Below are positions 47,601 to 62,600 of a DNA stretch of 64,000 bases, in pieces (the first letter of the stretch is position 1; each line of letters starts with the position of its first letter). The notes beneath the pieces are model-generated. The model worked only from the letters and a program-made list of their open reading frames with translations. It searched no databases and was not told where the DNA came from. This stretch comes from Balanoglossus misakiensis (Eukaryota; Animalia; Hemichordata). Position numbers and translations under genes: made by a program. The DNA is taken from NCBI GenBank assembly GCA_040954595.2, contig CM082598.2, positions 1,798,001 to 1,862,000 of the forward strand. The letters run 5' to 3'.

Positions 47601-50600
47601 ATAATGGTTACCACGGGGGGAAATCATTAAGACACCCTTTTCATTATGATGCTAGCAATTTAGAGTGCTTGAAAACACCCTGTGATTTATGAAAAGTTAA
47701 TCGTTTTATTGGTGGGAAATTGTGGGTTAACTATAGGTTAATGTTTGGTTGTTTCAAATGACACTGAATGATGGGAAAGAGGTATCATTATCTATAATAA
47801 ATGTTCCTAATCGATACATTAAGGCCATTCATTATCCAGCTAAAATTCAGAATGTAATTTTTGCAGCTGTCATGCTACTGTGTATATTTGCATTGCTTCT
47901 GCATTATGTAGGGATAATTTCATGACATAGACATACCATTATGTCGTCCGGATATACAGAATTTACCACTATAATATCACCTTGACTAAACTGAAATAGT
48001 TCGAGATGCATGGCCTACACTGTAGTTTGTACGACCATTGGCCCATGAGCTTAATGTGTTCTGTCGCTAGAAACGTGTTTGTTAAAATTCAAATAATCTC
48101 TGATAAAAAGGCAGCCACTAAAAGAGCTACTCACGTGATTGACTTTTCTGGCTCGTTACCCAAGAAGATGATATTTATCAGAGTCACACAATTTTGCCGT
48201 CAAAATGTCAATAGTATTTCCTTGGGTAACGAACCGGCAAGCGAGGTTGAGGTTATTTCAATGTCAAACAGAAAATCAAATGAACATTGTATGTGCGGAG
48301 TCTTTGTGAAAATCATCAATGAAATGCCCAGTGCAGTACACTCCAGCAGTGTAGTGTAGTGTAGTGTAGTGTAGTGTAGAGTGAAGCAGTGTGGTGCGAT
48401 GTATATTGTAACATACCAAAAGATACAATACATCAAGTATTTGTGTATTACACGACGCGACAGTGTATTAGTTACACTGTATATTTAAGGCTAGTTTCAC
48501 CTACATTTCTGATTGAGGTGATACAAATCATGGGTTCATTGCATACGTCATGGTGAAGGCTCTGAAGACTTGCTTTATACACACTGTGTAATCATATTAT
48601 TAGTGTCAGAGAAATTCTTCCCCTGCAAGTACAAAATTCATTTGGAGTAACCCATTTTGTGTCAGTAACCCCAATGACATCCGCTTCAAATTGATTTTTC
48701 GCCCAAAGGCTGGTTAATTCCCCAGAGGCTGTAGAATACTCATCACAGTCGAACCACATTCACGCTACAACGATACAACTGAAATTACTGGGCAGTAAAG
48801 TTTATGTCCAGGTTGATGGATAACCGTAATGGGGAAATATGACAATATAAAGAAAACGGCGCGCATATAGGAAACGCGATAAATGAGCAGCTGAGTGAAT
48901 GTCTATACAGGAAGAATGAATAAAAATAACAATCAGGGAATATGCACTAATATTTGTCAAATTACAAATGACCAACAAGGGTTTGTAAGGCAGGTAGATT
49001 TTATATTATCAAGGTCAACGCGTGGGATGTTCCTAGTTAAACTTCAGAGGTAAATATCCCGGAACCACAGTACCTCCCACGCTCATTTACTGCCAGGCTA
49101 ATTTAAAGCTCCAGTAACTCTTAATTTTTCAGTATTAACTGCTTCTGTAAGCAATATTATATGTCATCACACTGCACCACATCACACCACACATCATCAC
49201 ATCGCTATGTCACATCATCACTACACCACAGTATGTCAACCCCGGCATCTACAAGTGGGGGGAGGGAGGAGGGGCTATTTGCAATGTACAGACATTAAAA
49301 CACCATCCCGCATCTCATCATATGTACCACACAAGTGAAAACCCCAGTACTATTTTGCACAACTCGAAAAACCAACAGACCCCTAAGCAAAACATTTACC
49401 TTGATGTTTTAATGAAGAAATTCCACCGATCAAAGGAATATGGCCAATACCCGAACACTTCAGCACGAGGGTGTCTTGAGTATGCAATATATTAGATGGT
49501 TGTGATAAGTAATTTAGATTGTTTGAGAACATGCATTAACTTTATTACTTTCAAGCACCTACGGTTTTGAATCAAGATAGCTATTAAACCTCGCTGATAG
49601 TGCCGCAGTCAAGGTCTTTGCGCTTAACTTTCCCCTGGTCGTCTTAAGACTCCTGGCCAGATTAAGATTGACGATCGAAACCCGAGTGTTGACATATGCT
49701 GTGATGTATGGCCTGGTTTAGTTCGCGTGTGATGGAGTGTTTAAAGCCAGCAAACATGCAACCAATCACTGTTCTGTTTCCCTCCCCCTCGTCGGCACTG
49801 ATTTATTCTGCAATTACACGCTTGGGAGATTACAGTGGAGACTCTGGGAGACTGTGAATGGAGATCGTTTGCAGCAGTTCTGGGTCCCTTGATTGCATGC
49901 TGTGTTCAGCCTGCCAGCGATTGCCGCTAGACGCAGGGTACACTATGACCTTTCCAACAAACTTAGAGACAGACGCAACACTTCTTTTTAAATGTGCCCA
50001 TATATAGATGAACGACGTAAACGTCAGAAAATAAATTAGGAAATTCGTCAAGATGATAACCAATTGATTTCACTTCAATGAGTTCCATATCGAGGCAAAT
50101 CTTGGTTGTAAATTGGCAAGGGATATTTTACGACCAGTCATCAGAGAAGTACAATCATCACTAATCAACCCTTTATTTAAACTAAGATGTATGCGTAGTG
50201 GGTTTTTCTTTACCAACATTGCATTTTTCATTCACAGACACATGTCGGTCACTGTGGCACAAATTGACAATCACCCAAACCTGTAGTTCACCATCAAACA
50301 CTACCTTGCAAAATCATTCATTCATTCAATCATTCATTCATTCATCCAATCATCGTTCATTCAAAAATTCAACTTGCTACTTAATCCTGCGGGATTTCAA
50401 GTGGGGAAAAAAGTTTAGGGACAGAGGTGTAAACTAGTTTGGGTTAGGTGGTGTTCTTGGCCTATGTTGATTGGTCTGACAGACAGTTTACTTGGACTTG
50501 TAGCTATAGTGAGATTTATTGCGCTTAATGGGCGAGTACCAGTTGCTTGCTGGAGCCTTTCGTCTGGCCGGTACTATTTTTGAAATCTCTACATCTATTC

Positions 50601-53600
50601 ATTTATTTTAAAACGTCAGTTGAAATGAGAATGGTCACCCTTTCTTGTCGTATAAAGTACACATTCGAAATTTCCATATAGATTAAACAGCAACTCTTGG
50701 AAACATTAGTGAGTTCAGGAATCATTTATTCTCTAGATCTGATCCCAAATGCGCATGCAAAAAAATGTAAAAATAAGTATAGAAAGAAATTTAAGAAATT
50801 TATTTTAGTAATCTCAACTGTTAGTGCGTAAAACCATGGCTTATAATTAATTCATGCGATTCAGTAGACGCGATGACGTTCACTGCTTACGCCATTAGCC
50901 CTTGTCGGCTGAAACCACTGTAACCCTTTGGAGCAAAGCATATCGATTAACACACAGCAGTATGAAATCTAAACCCGCGGATGAGGTTGCGTCACGCGCG
51001 TAATAACTGGATGCAAACCATGCGGTATTGGAGTGGGCACGCGACAGATGACGAATATTGATCGAAGTGTCTTTCTCGCGGTAAACACAGAAACATGGAA
51101 GTATCTTCGAAGGAATGTATCCTTGCAAAGGTTCCGCCGCAATGCATATGTAGAAACTCCATCAGGTCTTATGTACTTTTAATATTAAACGTCAATGCAC
51201 AATCTGTTAGCGTCGATTATTGAGGTGACATGGCAGTGATACAGTGTTGGAGATACGTGTCCTGTTCCTTTATGACAGAGCACATAACCGTGAGCTAGCC
51301 TTCGTGATTAAAAGTATCACATCTCACAAATCACAATTATACGACCACTACAACTCCAAAGCTGTTTAAGCACCTGCAGGATGCTTTGAGAAATGGTTGT
51401 TTTGTAAGTAATTTAGTTGATGGCTTTGATTTTCACTGTAAACATGGACATGCTACCTGACACCACAATACTCATGCTGTGAGAATTACCAATACATCAT
51501 ATTAAAGTATTTTCTGACACGTAGAAACATAATGGCATATATCATTTAAGTTTTCTTTTAAAAATATAGAATCAGGACACCAATTATGTACATATGGTTT
51601 GTCCGCCATTGTCGCATTGGTAATATTAAAAAAAATCAAAACATTCTAATAAAATAATCCTTTAATTCCAAGGAGATGAAGGTTTTCAGTAAAAGCCACA
51701 CCTAAAGAATTCACTATAACATAAACTTAATAATGACTTAAAATTATAAAACCTACTAAATGCAGAATTTTTATATTCTCTATCTATTTTAATGGTATCT
51801 GATTTACAGGAAGACATATATATTTAAACAATCTGATGATTCATTTCAAAATAGAAAAATGGCTCAACTATATTTGAGTGCCGATCGACAATTTCCATTA
51901 ACAGATGATTCAAACACAGAAATGGGATGTTGTAAACATATTTTCATCATTATATTCCATTAACAGCGATGAAAATTGTCTCTTAAACTCTATTCAATAA
52001 AGTTGCAGGACATGAAAATGGCACTTTTATCAAAAACATTGTCCGGTTTCTGACGCACACATGATTTCGCTCAGTCAAAATGCTTAGTTATCCAACTGTT
52101 TAAGTACAAGTGGCATTAGTTACATCATTACCTGTTTCATTGTCAGAAAAGCTTCATTGCTGTGCTGTCCAAAAAAGTAGAAAACGGTTGTGACTAGAAT
52201 TTAAAACTTCCCGTCACATGACCCATATACAAATAAAGAGTGAAAATGTTTCCAACATCAAAATATATTGATTGCTTGTGTTCCTGTTTCTGTATTTGAC
52301 AGTTTATTAATCATTTGAATTAACCTTGTTTTTTATCCGTGATTTTAAACCCAAAACAGAAAACAAATCTAGCAGGCATGTCTATTAACAGGAAATGAAT
52401 ACTTCAATTGAAGGGTTTTGTTTAGCTTAAATGTAATATCTTTTTTTTTCTCTCTCTCTCCAGGATGAGAAGATGCAAGTTATCAAGTCAAACGTCTGGA
52501 TGTATCAGGTAAGAGTCTGTGACGTCATTTGGGCGGGGTCTGTCTGTCATCTCACTCAAGATATTATGAGTGAGTAGACTTGCAGTGTATAGTCATTGTA
52601 GATCCAAAGTGGAAATTATAATTCTTGTCTTCGTTCAGTCAACAACTGCCGAGTCGTTAGCTGAATGTACCTTTTCTTACAATGGTTTCCCAGACCAGAC
52701 ACTTATTGTCACATTCGTGCCAGTTTTCGCTGTAGGGAGATTCAACATAATGAGATTTATACTTGCGTTATTCCTCTTCAGAAATGTAAGGATTCTTTTA
52801 CAGTGTATAATGGTTAACATAGATCAATAATATAGTTAGACTCAGATTCCCTTCACTGGCCACTATACACAGGTGTCACTGTATATGAAAGACTGTGAAC
52901 ATAAACTCTGCAGTTTGACATTAACTGAATCTAATCAGACAGAACCTAAAACAAACCACCAGTATATAATTTAAGCTAGAATTTAATATTTTATATACAA
53001 ATATTTTAATTACTGGCAAGGGATTGCCCCTTGTTTGACATAGAAAAACCTTCAGATTTAATAATATTCAGGATTGTTGCCCTGGTTACTGGTTATGCCC
53101 AGGTAGACACTACAGCCCGATGACACTGAAAATGAACCAGGAGCATTATGATAACAAAGCTCTACATGTTTTATTATACAAAAAGGAATGTCTTTTATAT
53201 TCCTTTAATTGCATCACGCAGGTTTTGTGCTCAGAAATTTCATTTCACAGTAAGTGTGTCCACACATTTACTTAACAATCCCATCCTGAAATACATGTCA
53301 ATATGTAGAATCCAAGTTACCTGCAGTTATATTTTGTTCGAGTCACCTTAGACTGTCCTCGTTTCACTGCAATGAAAATATCAGGTTTCACTTAGAGAAT
53401 CTGGATTTCAGTAATGTCACGTTCGAAATTCGAGTTGGCTACTAAAACCTGCACTGCCTCCAAAGGAAAAATCGTTTATTGAGTTGTTTTTCCTTATGGT
53501 TTCACAAAGCTTGGTAATAATATATAATAAAATGATTTAAAGACATATCAAGTAAAATATAGTTTAACTATCAATGTCATTACTCTGTTTTGTTCCTGAT

Positions 53601-56600
53601 TATGCTTATAAGGGAAGGGTATACCTAAGACTTTTAAAAGCTAACTAAACCAAGTCACCTTAATATAGAGATTTCACATTTAACTGTACCTTATAAATTG
53701 ACAAGAATTGTATTTGTGAAATGTTGCACCTGCGCACAGGCAGGATTGTAGTTGAGATTAATATAACGGGTTATTGTAACCATGTATCACACATTAATGT
53801 TTAGTCATCTAAACAACGATTTGCCCTGAAATGAAAGGAAAGTTTATGTATCGACGGCTAATAACAATTCATGTTTATTATATATTCAACTGCAACAGAG
53901 AGTGAGGATGTGTCGCGCAGGTGACTTAAGTAGTAACTACCTACAATAATCGCCCCTGCAGAAAAAGACTTTGTAATAATCATGTGTAACATTGCCACCT
54001 TCAACCAGTTTTACCAAGATTTAACATCTAGTCAATATTCACTTCTCTGCACCATGTCAACCTCCCACGATAAAGTTAAACCGCGCAAGTAGAGAAGGAT
54101 TATTGGATAGTCATGAGATAAGAGTGCATGACATTTATTCTTGTTTTTATCTCTCGAATAATCGGTAGACTTAACTTGTAGTTCACACATCTCACCACAC
54201 ATCTGAAATGAAACACATGTAAAAGAACAGGCCATCGGTGTTTGTTTCGAGAGAAGCAAATGTAAATTTCTCTTCCCAATAAAATCGAGTTTACGATCGA
54301 GCAATATTTTATGGAAAACGTGTGTGGAATAGAAATGTAGAACACACAAATGGTACACGCGTGTTTAAACTTACACACCCCTTCTTCAAGGAATTCCTGC
54401 TCTCGCGGTATGATTCCTTAAAGAAACCGCTGCTCCTGAGGTATAGTGTAACCCTAGGCAACCATTCACTAAAACCCACGTTTCCTGACATTGTAGATTC
54501 ATGAAGATACTCAGGAAAATTGCACTCATGGTACTTAGGCAGATAATATTTTGTTTTTTTCTAAATGATAGTTAAAATGAGTATCAATATAATCATCAGA
54601 AGAAACATAATCTGTCTAAATGGCCGCAGCTTAATTTCTCTGTCCATGACATCATTTTAGCATCAAACAAAATGTTCTCACATTTCTATGTATTATATTT
54701 GGATTTTAAGTTAATGTGAAGAAGTTATAATTAATTATTCTTTTTACCAAATTCAACATTGTGCTCACCTAGAGTGTTAAACGCATTATAATCAGTACTC
54801 TGACTTCACACTAGCACTCAATATCCGCCAAGGCGTCAGTTTCTACAGGATCTCTCCTGGTCGACCAATTCTTCTCACCATTTCAAAGTGCATCGCGATT
54901 GAAAGCGACAGAGTCATTAAACATGTCAAATGCAGTGTTTTACGCCTTGACACAGTCGCTGATATATTCCCTGGAAACTGGCCAGATTTGTTTCAACAGC
55001 CTGTATACCCATACATGATTAACAATTCAGCTCACAGTGTGTGTTACACATCAGTCCCAAAGGTGGTAGCTTTGAACACACATTGAGGAAATCCGGTCAC
55101 TTTTAATTGATAAAAAGTAGTTTACACCTCACAAAAATAATCTATTAAGTTTTTGGCGACTGGCGATGTCTGTGATAACTAAGTCATTGTCTCAAGGGAG
55201 TCCATGCACGAGGGATAAACGTTAGCAACAGTCTTGATTAATCTAATACATTGAATACTGCAACGCAAACTTGACATGGCACAGGAGCAGTCGGTATTGT
55301 ATTCCCATAGGAATAAGTCTGTTATCATTTTGTTTTTTAGAAAGACAGCCCTTAGGCTTTGTCGGACATTATGTTGACTTTTAACCTGCAACTTGTAACA
55401 AACAGTGCAGTAGCATACACAGTACCTTGCGTTTAAGGTAAACGCAATTCCGGCTCAAATCAGCATTATGTCAGTATTCGCTGATTAAACTTTGTGTCTG
55501 AAATTGTTCGCGGATGGCATGTTTGGGTATTGCAGGGTTTAGACTGAATACATGATTGCTTAATTTCTTCCAGTTAATTAGTTTTGCAAGACAGGATTCC
55601 CGGTCCTCAGTGGTCATGTTATCGGTTCGTTGTACTTTGTTAACGGGTGAATGATTGGTCGGTAATATTCCACCACTATGTCTGTTAATGAGCCGGCCCA
55701 TTTTGCGTGAAAATCAAGCTATGTAAAGGGTCTGGAACGACTGTTTAAGTGTGCTGTTAGACTGCTTGTAAAGTTGTGTAAAGCGTTGCATAATGGCTTC
55801 TAAAGGTTTTAAAAAATCATAAGTATACTCAGTTATGTCTTAGAAACCATTCATGGTGATGGGTCTATCATTTTTAATGGAGGATAATGCACAGTTTGGG
55901 TCCATCAACATTTATAAGGAAAAGAGATTTAAGATATGGTAATATATGGATACAAACTTTTTCTGTTTAATCGTACAGGTGCAACTTTATGAAAGACAGA
56001 TTAAATTTGTGAAATATTAATAATAAATAATTACAATGTTGTTAGAGGAAGACAACAAGACAATACACTTTTCTGATAACAATATTCTTAAAGTTTACAA
56101 CGATTAATTTGTACTTCTACGATAATGACTTATTTTTCGTTTTATTGGTTGTCGACGAAACATGTAATAAAAGATGGATGCAGGGTCACCTTACAGTAGT
56201 GCACATAAAAACATGCTGGGAAGTTTAAGTCCCTAATATGTTATTTGTAGCACTGTACCCATAAGTTATGTACATGCAGCAATATGCAGTAAACGTAGAA
56301 GTAATTTAATATATCACATGAAAGTGAAAATGGCAAGGTTAAAAGGTTCAATACACAGAAACGTTAATACGACCCACGTTAATCAATTGCATTATTTGCG
56401 TCGTATTTTGTCAAATTAGTTTAACCACTTATATTTTAACAAGACATAACATGGATTTTGTTGGCACAACCAATTTCAAATTTTTAACTTTACGACTATG
56501 AAACTTTTCCAATCAATGCCAAAAACAACATATATTAAAAGGTCAATTCTATTTGCTACAGTACAATGTTTGTAATGCATTATAAATCTATTTGAATAGT

Positions 56601-59600
56601 CCAAGGACTTTACTAAACTGTCTTTCATAGACAGGTGGTCTTTATAGACAGGTTAATAATGTACATGTAAATTGCACAGAAAATGTAACAGCATGGCCAC
56701 AATAGACATGTTTCCACTATATAGAGGTGACAACTAACACCGGTTTGACTGCATGTACCGGTACATTGTATGCAATTTATCTCAGGTAAATTGGCATTTC
56801 AACCAGGTACTACTAACACTGCAGAATCGCAATGTCAATAATGAAGGTACAGAGGACAGGATATAGACATAGTTTTTTTAAATGACTATATTGAAAAATC
56901 TTTATAAATATGACAGGATCATACCACTATAGACATAACACATAAAATATTCATCCAAGTCGTAATGACGGTTCTTAGACATTCTGTGCAAGTTAATAAC
57001 GTTAGGTTGAAGTAGTGATAAAAATTGAATCGCAGATGTCTGACGCATCTCGGAAAAGGTTTATCATGTCTTATCAAAACTTATTACTTTCATCTCCCAT
57101 GGCGGGACGGTCAAACGCCATAAAATGTACTTTTTGTTATTTAAACGTCTCATCTTTTTGTTTCTCTTTAAATACAGACTATTTACAACCATTTCTTGTC
57201 TGATGATACAGTATTCTGAGATAAAGTGGTCAAGTATTAATTTTAATGAAAGCATTTTCTTACAAGTCATAACAGAAAACCAATAGCATCACATATTGAC
57301 TAGTGAGCAGTGTTTCCATTTAATATTATAATAAAAATAGTAACTCATGTTCCTTTCATTAGACCTGACCTGCATTTTGACAGTGCCGCTTTTCGATCAG
57401 CTTGAAACCGACCTTGCATTTATCAGGACTTTAGAAAATACCGAATATATTTGATCATATGCCGAAACGGCGATCCATTATTTCTGTTGCACATACTAAA
57501 AGCCAACTGATCTGATTTGCGGTTGTATTCCCTACAGCAAAGCTCAACTTAACGTTTTTGAAGAAACGTGCCAAGGCACGAACAAAGTACTCTATGTCAT
57601 AGAATCAATAATATGAAGGGGTTTGCTGTTCCAGTCATGTGTGCTCTAATCGCCGCCTGAACACACAGTTTCGTTTGCTCAAATTAGTTCGGCTGCTGAC
57701 CCTGTGTGGTATGATGTTACCTTTGTGTGTCCACAAGGAATGAACAATTTCCTGCTTCTTGCGAGATCTCGCGTGACTTACTTAATTATACTGAAGCAAC
57801 CCAAATAGTTCAAGTCAAGCTATGTGAATAGGTGCAGAGGTTTAAACAACAATTTTATCTTCTGTGCCATTTGAAACAATGGGCTATATGTTGTTTTGTC
57901 CAGTGTCACATAAGAATAACCTTCCATATAAACTGCTTGTAGTCTCGCGAGATCTCACAGAGTCTAGATGAATTTGGAAAATGGTCTATTAAATCCGACT
58001 CACTCAAAAAATTGCTAACATGGCTTGTTAATCTAGACTGCAGATTTTCCATTGGTGTATCCCTATATACGTCTTATCTTGATTTTTTTCTTCCTTTGCC
58101 GCAGGAATGGGATGATTATCGCCTTCGTTGGGACCCAGACAAGTATGACAACATCACCCTTGTGGTTGTGCCGGTCAGTTATATATGGAACCCAGACACT
58201 TCTCTGCTAAACAGGTATGAACTCTTCACTAAATATAGTGTTTCGATGTTTCCCTGTAAATTGCTACATGTACTATTTAGTGTACGCTCATTTTGAAAAC
58301 CAAACATTTACTGGCAATTTAAATTGCAGTGAATACTCATCCCATTCAGTGATATTAGAAGTAGGACAGGGAGAATGCTTTTAAATTAATATGTTCTAGA
58401 AGATGATGCTCTAAGCATCGCTGCTCCTTCTGATCATAAGTACAATCTTATTTGAAAGCACTGTAGAGGGTATTAATGTCATGCCAAGTTCTCTGTGTAC
58501 AGATCCCAGTCAACTGTAAGGTTTCTATCATTTAGTGCATTGTGATATCAATTACAGAATCTTTAAGAGTTTATTGTACTATTGGGACGCGGCAAAAACC
58601 TTTCTTGTAAAGACAACTCTCCGAAGACTCACTTAACTGAATGAACATCAGCGGGTCAAAAGTATAGAGTCAAATCAAACTACAGATGCTCAACATCAAG
58701 TTAATCGTCAGTTGGCGATTGATTCAGATTGAGCGGTCTCTTTAATCTGTGCATGACCAAGATTACATTCTCTTCAATGGCCGGTCAATAATGACAGACC
58801 CTGTGAACCAGATATAAATCAGATAGATAAGTGTTTCTAAACAATACAAGCAGAAGACTGTCAGTTGTCAATATAATAGTATTTAAGATAGTATGCACAG
58901 CGAAAATCAAAGTCTTAAAGATGTTCTCATATTTCGCTCAGGGCAACTTTAGGATACTATCTCTCACAATTGGGAGTAAACTATTTAGGGGTTTACCTTG
59001 CAAAATTTTGAATGAGAAAGAAAAATTGTTTAAACTTTGAAATTCAAAATCGCCGCCACCTCTGTGTTAACTCTATGGGGATAAAATTTGAAGTATGATT
59101 TTTACGAAAACAGGACGGTGATCACATGGTTTTCTTCTTTGTTTTCAAAAAAGACTCATCACACAATTTAATATAGCAAAGAAATTAAAGGTTTGGAGGA
59201 CAATCTTTATTTTTCTGAAAATCTGGCATTGAGGTGTGTACTACATAACCACAGCATTCACTGTCTCTGGTGGGACATGGAGTGTGGCATGTACTGTCTC
59301 TAAATTAAACACAAAGAAATACTAGGACACATCAACTCAGTATAAGCACATAGTTCAACAATTAAATGTGTATTTTACCCTATCAAAACACTTTTAACAT
59401 ATATTCGAATACATTCAGAGTCAGCCACCTATCACCCGAGGGCACCGAAGCAAAAGAAACTAATATTTACTTTCAAAACAATCACTATCTTGCTATGTAT
59501 GAGATATAATAGCTTCAGTTTTCAGTTTAGACTGCGATTTCTCTAAGGAATGCTAGCTTAACATTTTCATGCAATGATGGTGTGCACAGTGTATAGACGA

Positions 59601-62600
59601 ACAAGTGTATCTATTTAAAGGTATGCAGTCACCCATGAAAATTTAGCCACAGTTACCATGGAAAGTTGAGATCTAGCTAGATACCCCCTATGTGGAAATT
59701 TTCATAACAATCCACGGTGTTTTATATGGCATTTTTGGAAAGATGCATAATTTCAGCCCCCGAATGTTTGCCATGGAAACACAAGTCTTCAAAACCGACA
59801 TCATACTTGTACATTGCAACCCAACATGGTGACATTTTGTAGCAATCCAAGCTGGCGTTGTCATAGCAATTCAAGAATGTATCAACCAGAAATATTGCTG
59901 TGTTTTCCCGGGAAACGTTAATTATTTACATATCAAATTTTCCATTTTCGGGTCACGTGACCTTCATATTGAAAACTTATTGCTTGCCCCGCAACACATG
60001 CTTCTTGTTCTGCTACTCTTCCTCGCAAACTGATTGCACAATCCTTTTGAAATAAGCGATGATGCCGTAACACGATTAGTCGGCGCCCTAGAGACCAACT
60101 AAAGAGGGGTTTTCATGGTTCTGATCGGAAACTTTCTGCAACGATGGCGCCATTCTATTTCTGCTCAGCTTATCTCTTCTGTGAATTAACTCGGATTAAG
60201 AACTCTCCGACCTTTTAGTTGACATCAAATGAAAACAATACTGTACCGGTATGCCTCTTGGAAACATTTCACTTCTAATGTCCCTTCGACGGTTTAATCA
60301 TAAATGTCGCATTATTGAACAGCAAACTTAAAGCAAACTCAACCTAAAGTCAAACCTGTGTTAGCGACCACCTCTATATAGCAGCCACTTTGTTACAGTC
60401 CCTATGCAATCTACATGTTCATTAATTGACCTGTCTGTAAAGGCCACCTCTCTATAAAGAATGGCTTGTTAACATAAGACACGGCCATGACATGGTACCA
60501 ATTTTGAGAGAAATTGGTTTAAATGTATCTTAGCAGCACGAGGATATCAACAAAATTCAATCGGCAGTCTAGAAGCCAACTGGTATTGATTCCCCAATCT
60601 AATCGATATGTCAGTTTTGTCCATCTGCCATCTTTAAATACACTTGCTGAATCAATGGAATGGATATGGTCACTGTACAGGGACACTTTTTAGCCTGTTC
60701 AGATAGTAAAATGAAAGGAAAACAATGTAAGCAGGGCTATGACCTAGTTCTACTTTGATAGAAACTAAATTCGAACATTATCTAAGCAGTGCCTTCAAGT
60801 TAAACATGGAAACATAGAAATAAGCTTTATGGCTTACTGGAGGCCATGTTGCAAGACTGATAATTCTTGCTACCTTAAATAGGTTTTCACTTTATGCTAT
60901 GGGATTCAAATTACATTATAATAATTGCATTGTGGGTAAAAAGGTTGACGACTCACTGTTAGTTATTTTGAAGACATGATATGTTAACATCATGACTTAC
61001 CTTTGATTGATTTTTTTTTTCAAATTATTAAACCTTAAAAATGATGTAGTTGGTGAATTTAGTGTAATTAGTAACAAACTTTGCAGGGTAAATGTTACCT
61101 ATACTTTATGAAACAAGCACATGACAAAACAAGTAATCGGAAAATGTGATGTTCGAACCATATAAAAGCAATATTGACATCTGTAACTTCAATTATTGTG
61201 TTCATTCAACGCTTATGCTGACATTTGAAAGACTGCAGATAGGTGGTTAGTTTTTGTCTTTTGTAGTCTCTGTGGTTTGTTTCCTCACGCGCGTTCCGAT
61301 TCACTGAGCTGCAAAAAATAATCGAAACTAGAAGTAGACAGGAGCAGGCTGAGATCGATTTCTGTTTCTTATTTACATCAGCAGGTTTTCATTTTGCAGT
61401 TGGTGTACAGTTCAAATAAAACCCACTTTGCATTGCACATGCTCATTATATTGGAAAGATAGAAATGGCGTCGCTCCGATGGATCTCTTTTGAATAGGTT
61501 TAATGATTACTGCAGCTAGAATTGACACTACATACGCCTAGATAAATCTTGCAGTCGTGTGTATTAGAGACAGGGAAATCGCTATTGTTACAGTATATAT
61601 CCTGGTGTGATTGAAACTTTTTAATTCTTAAAAAACTTCCCTGGGTTAATCAATTTTTCATTGTCACGTAGGAGACATTTGCAATCACCTAAATGTGAAA
61701 ATAACATGTTTTTGGTATTAATTCCGAGCAATATCCGGCCTCGAAACCATTTTGTATTTCAGTAGCATTAGTTGTACTGAACTCAGTGCTACCAGTTCAC
61801 TTTACTGAATATGGATGAACATTCCTCCACACACTGAAACAAACTCTTGCAAACCCTGAAAGTCACACACAAACACTTCGATAGAGATCTGATTGATGTT
61901 CTCATCTAATTCCTTCAACCAATAAGTCTCTTACAGCTGGAACACCAGTTGTATGATGATCAATAAGTTTTCGGTGGAGGTTTAGATATGAAAATCCCAA
62001 TTAAAAGTAATGCATAAGTCATACAGCTTAATACTTTCAAAGGGGAATATTCTTTACACAGTAGAGGATGATAGGAATGCTGTTTTACTGGACAACAAAC
62101 ACTCGTTAAGAACAGTCACATCCCCCTCCCAATTGCATGTGACATCTATGCTTGTAGTAGAGATGTTACAATCAGTTGTGAAATGTATATGAGCATTATA
62201 TGTAGGAAAATGGCTTTTCTTATAATGAATGATTTTTTATTTTGCTATTTCAGTGCTGAAGGCGACTCAGAAGGCTATCCCAGAGTGCACTTGTCTTATC
62301 TGGATGTTCAAGTCTTCAGTGATGGACACATAATCAAGGTGACCCCTGGGATTCTACGCACACCCTGCCTGATGGATATTACCTACTTCCCCGTGGATAG
62401 ACAAGAATGCTATTTCGAATTCGGGCTGTGGAAATACTTTGACAGGTTGGTGAAATTGCACACTGGTGCTGACAATGCTCCTTTAGAGAATTACATTGCA
62501 AATGTGGAGTGGGATATTCTGAATTCAACAGCTCAAGCTATCGAGAAGACGTTCATGAACATGGAAGGAGGATATGATAGCTTCACAAGTATTATTGTCA

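Noticed and set aside
49459-49480. REST/NRSE-like ttcagcacg
   Set aside because: Only the left half-site is present; the GGACAG half is absent.
62183-62253. ORF-track N-terminus MYMSIICRK... as the receptor start
   Set aside because: It is intronic. The true exon begins after the acceptor at 62253 and continues from exon 4.
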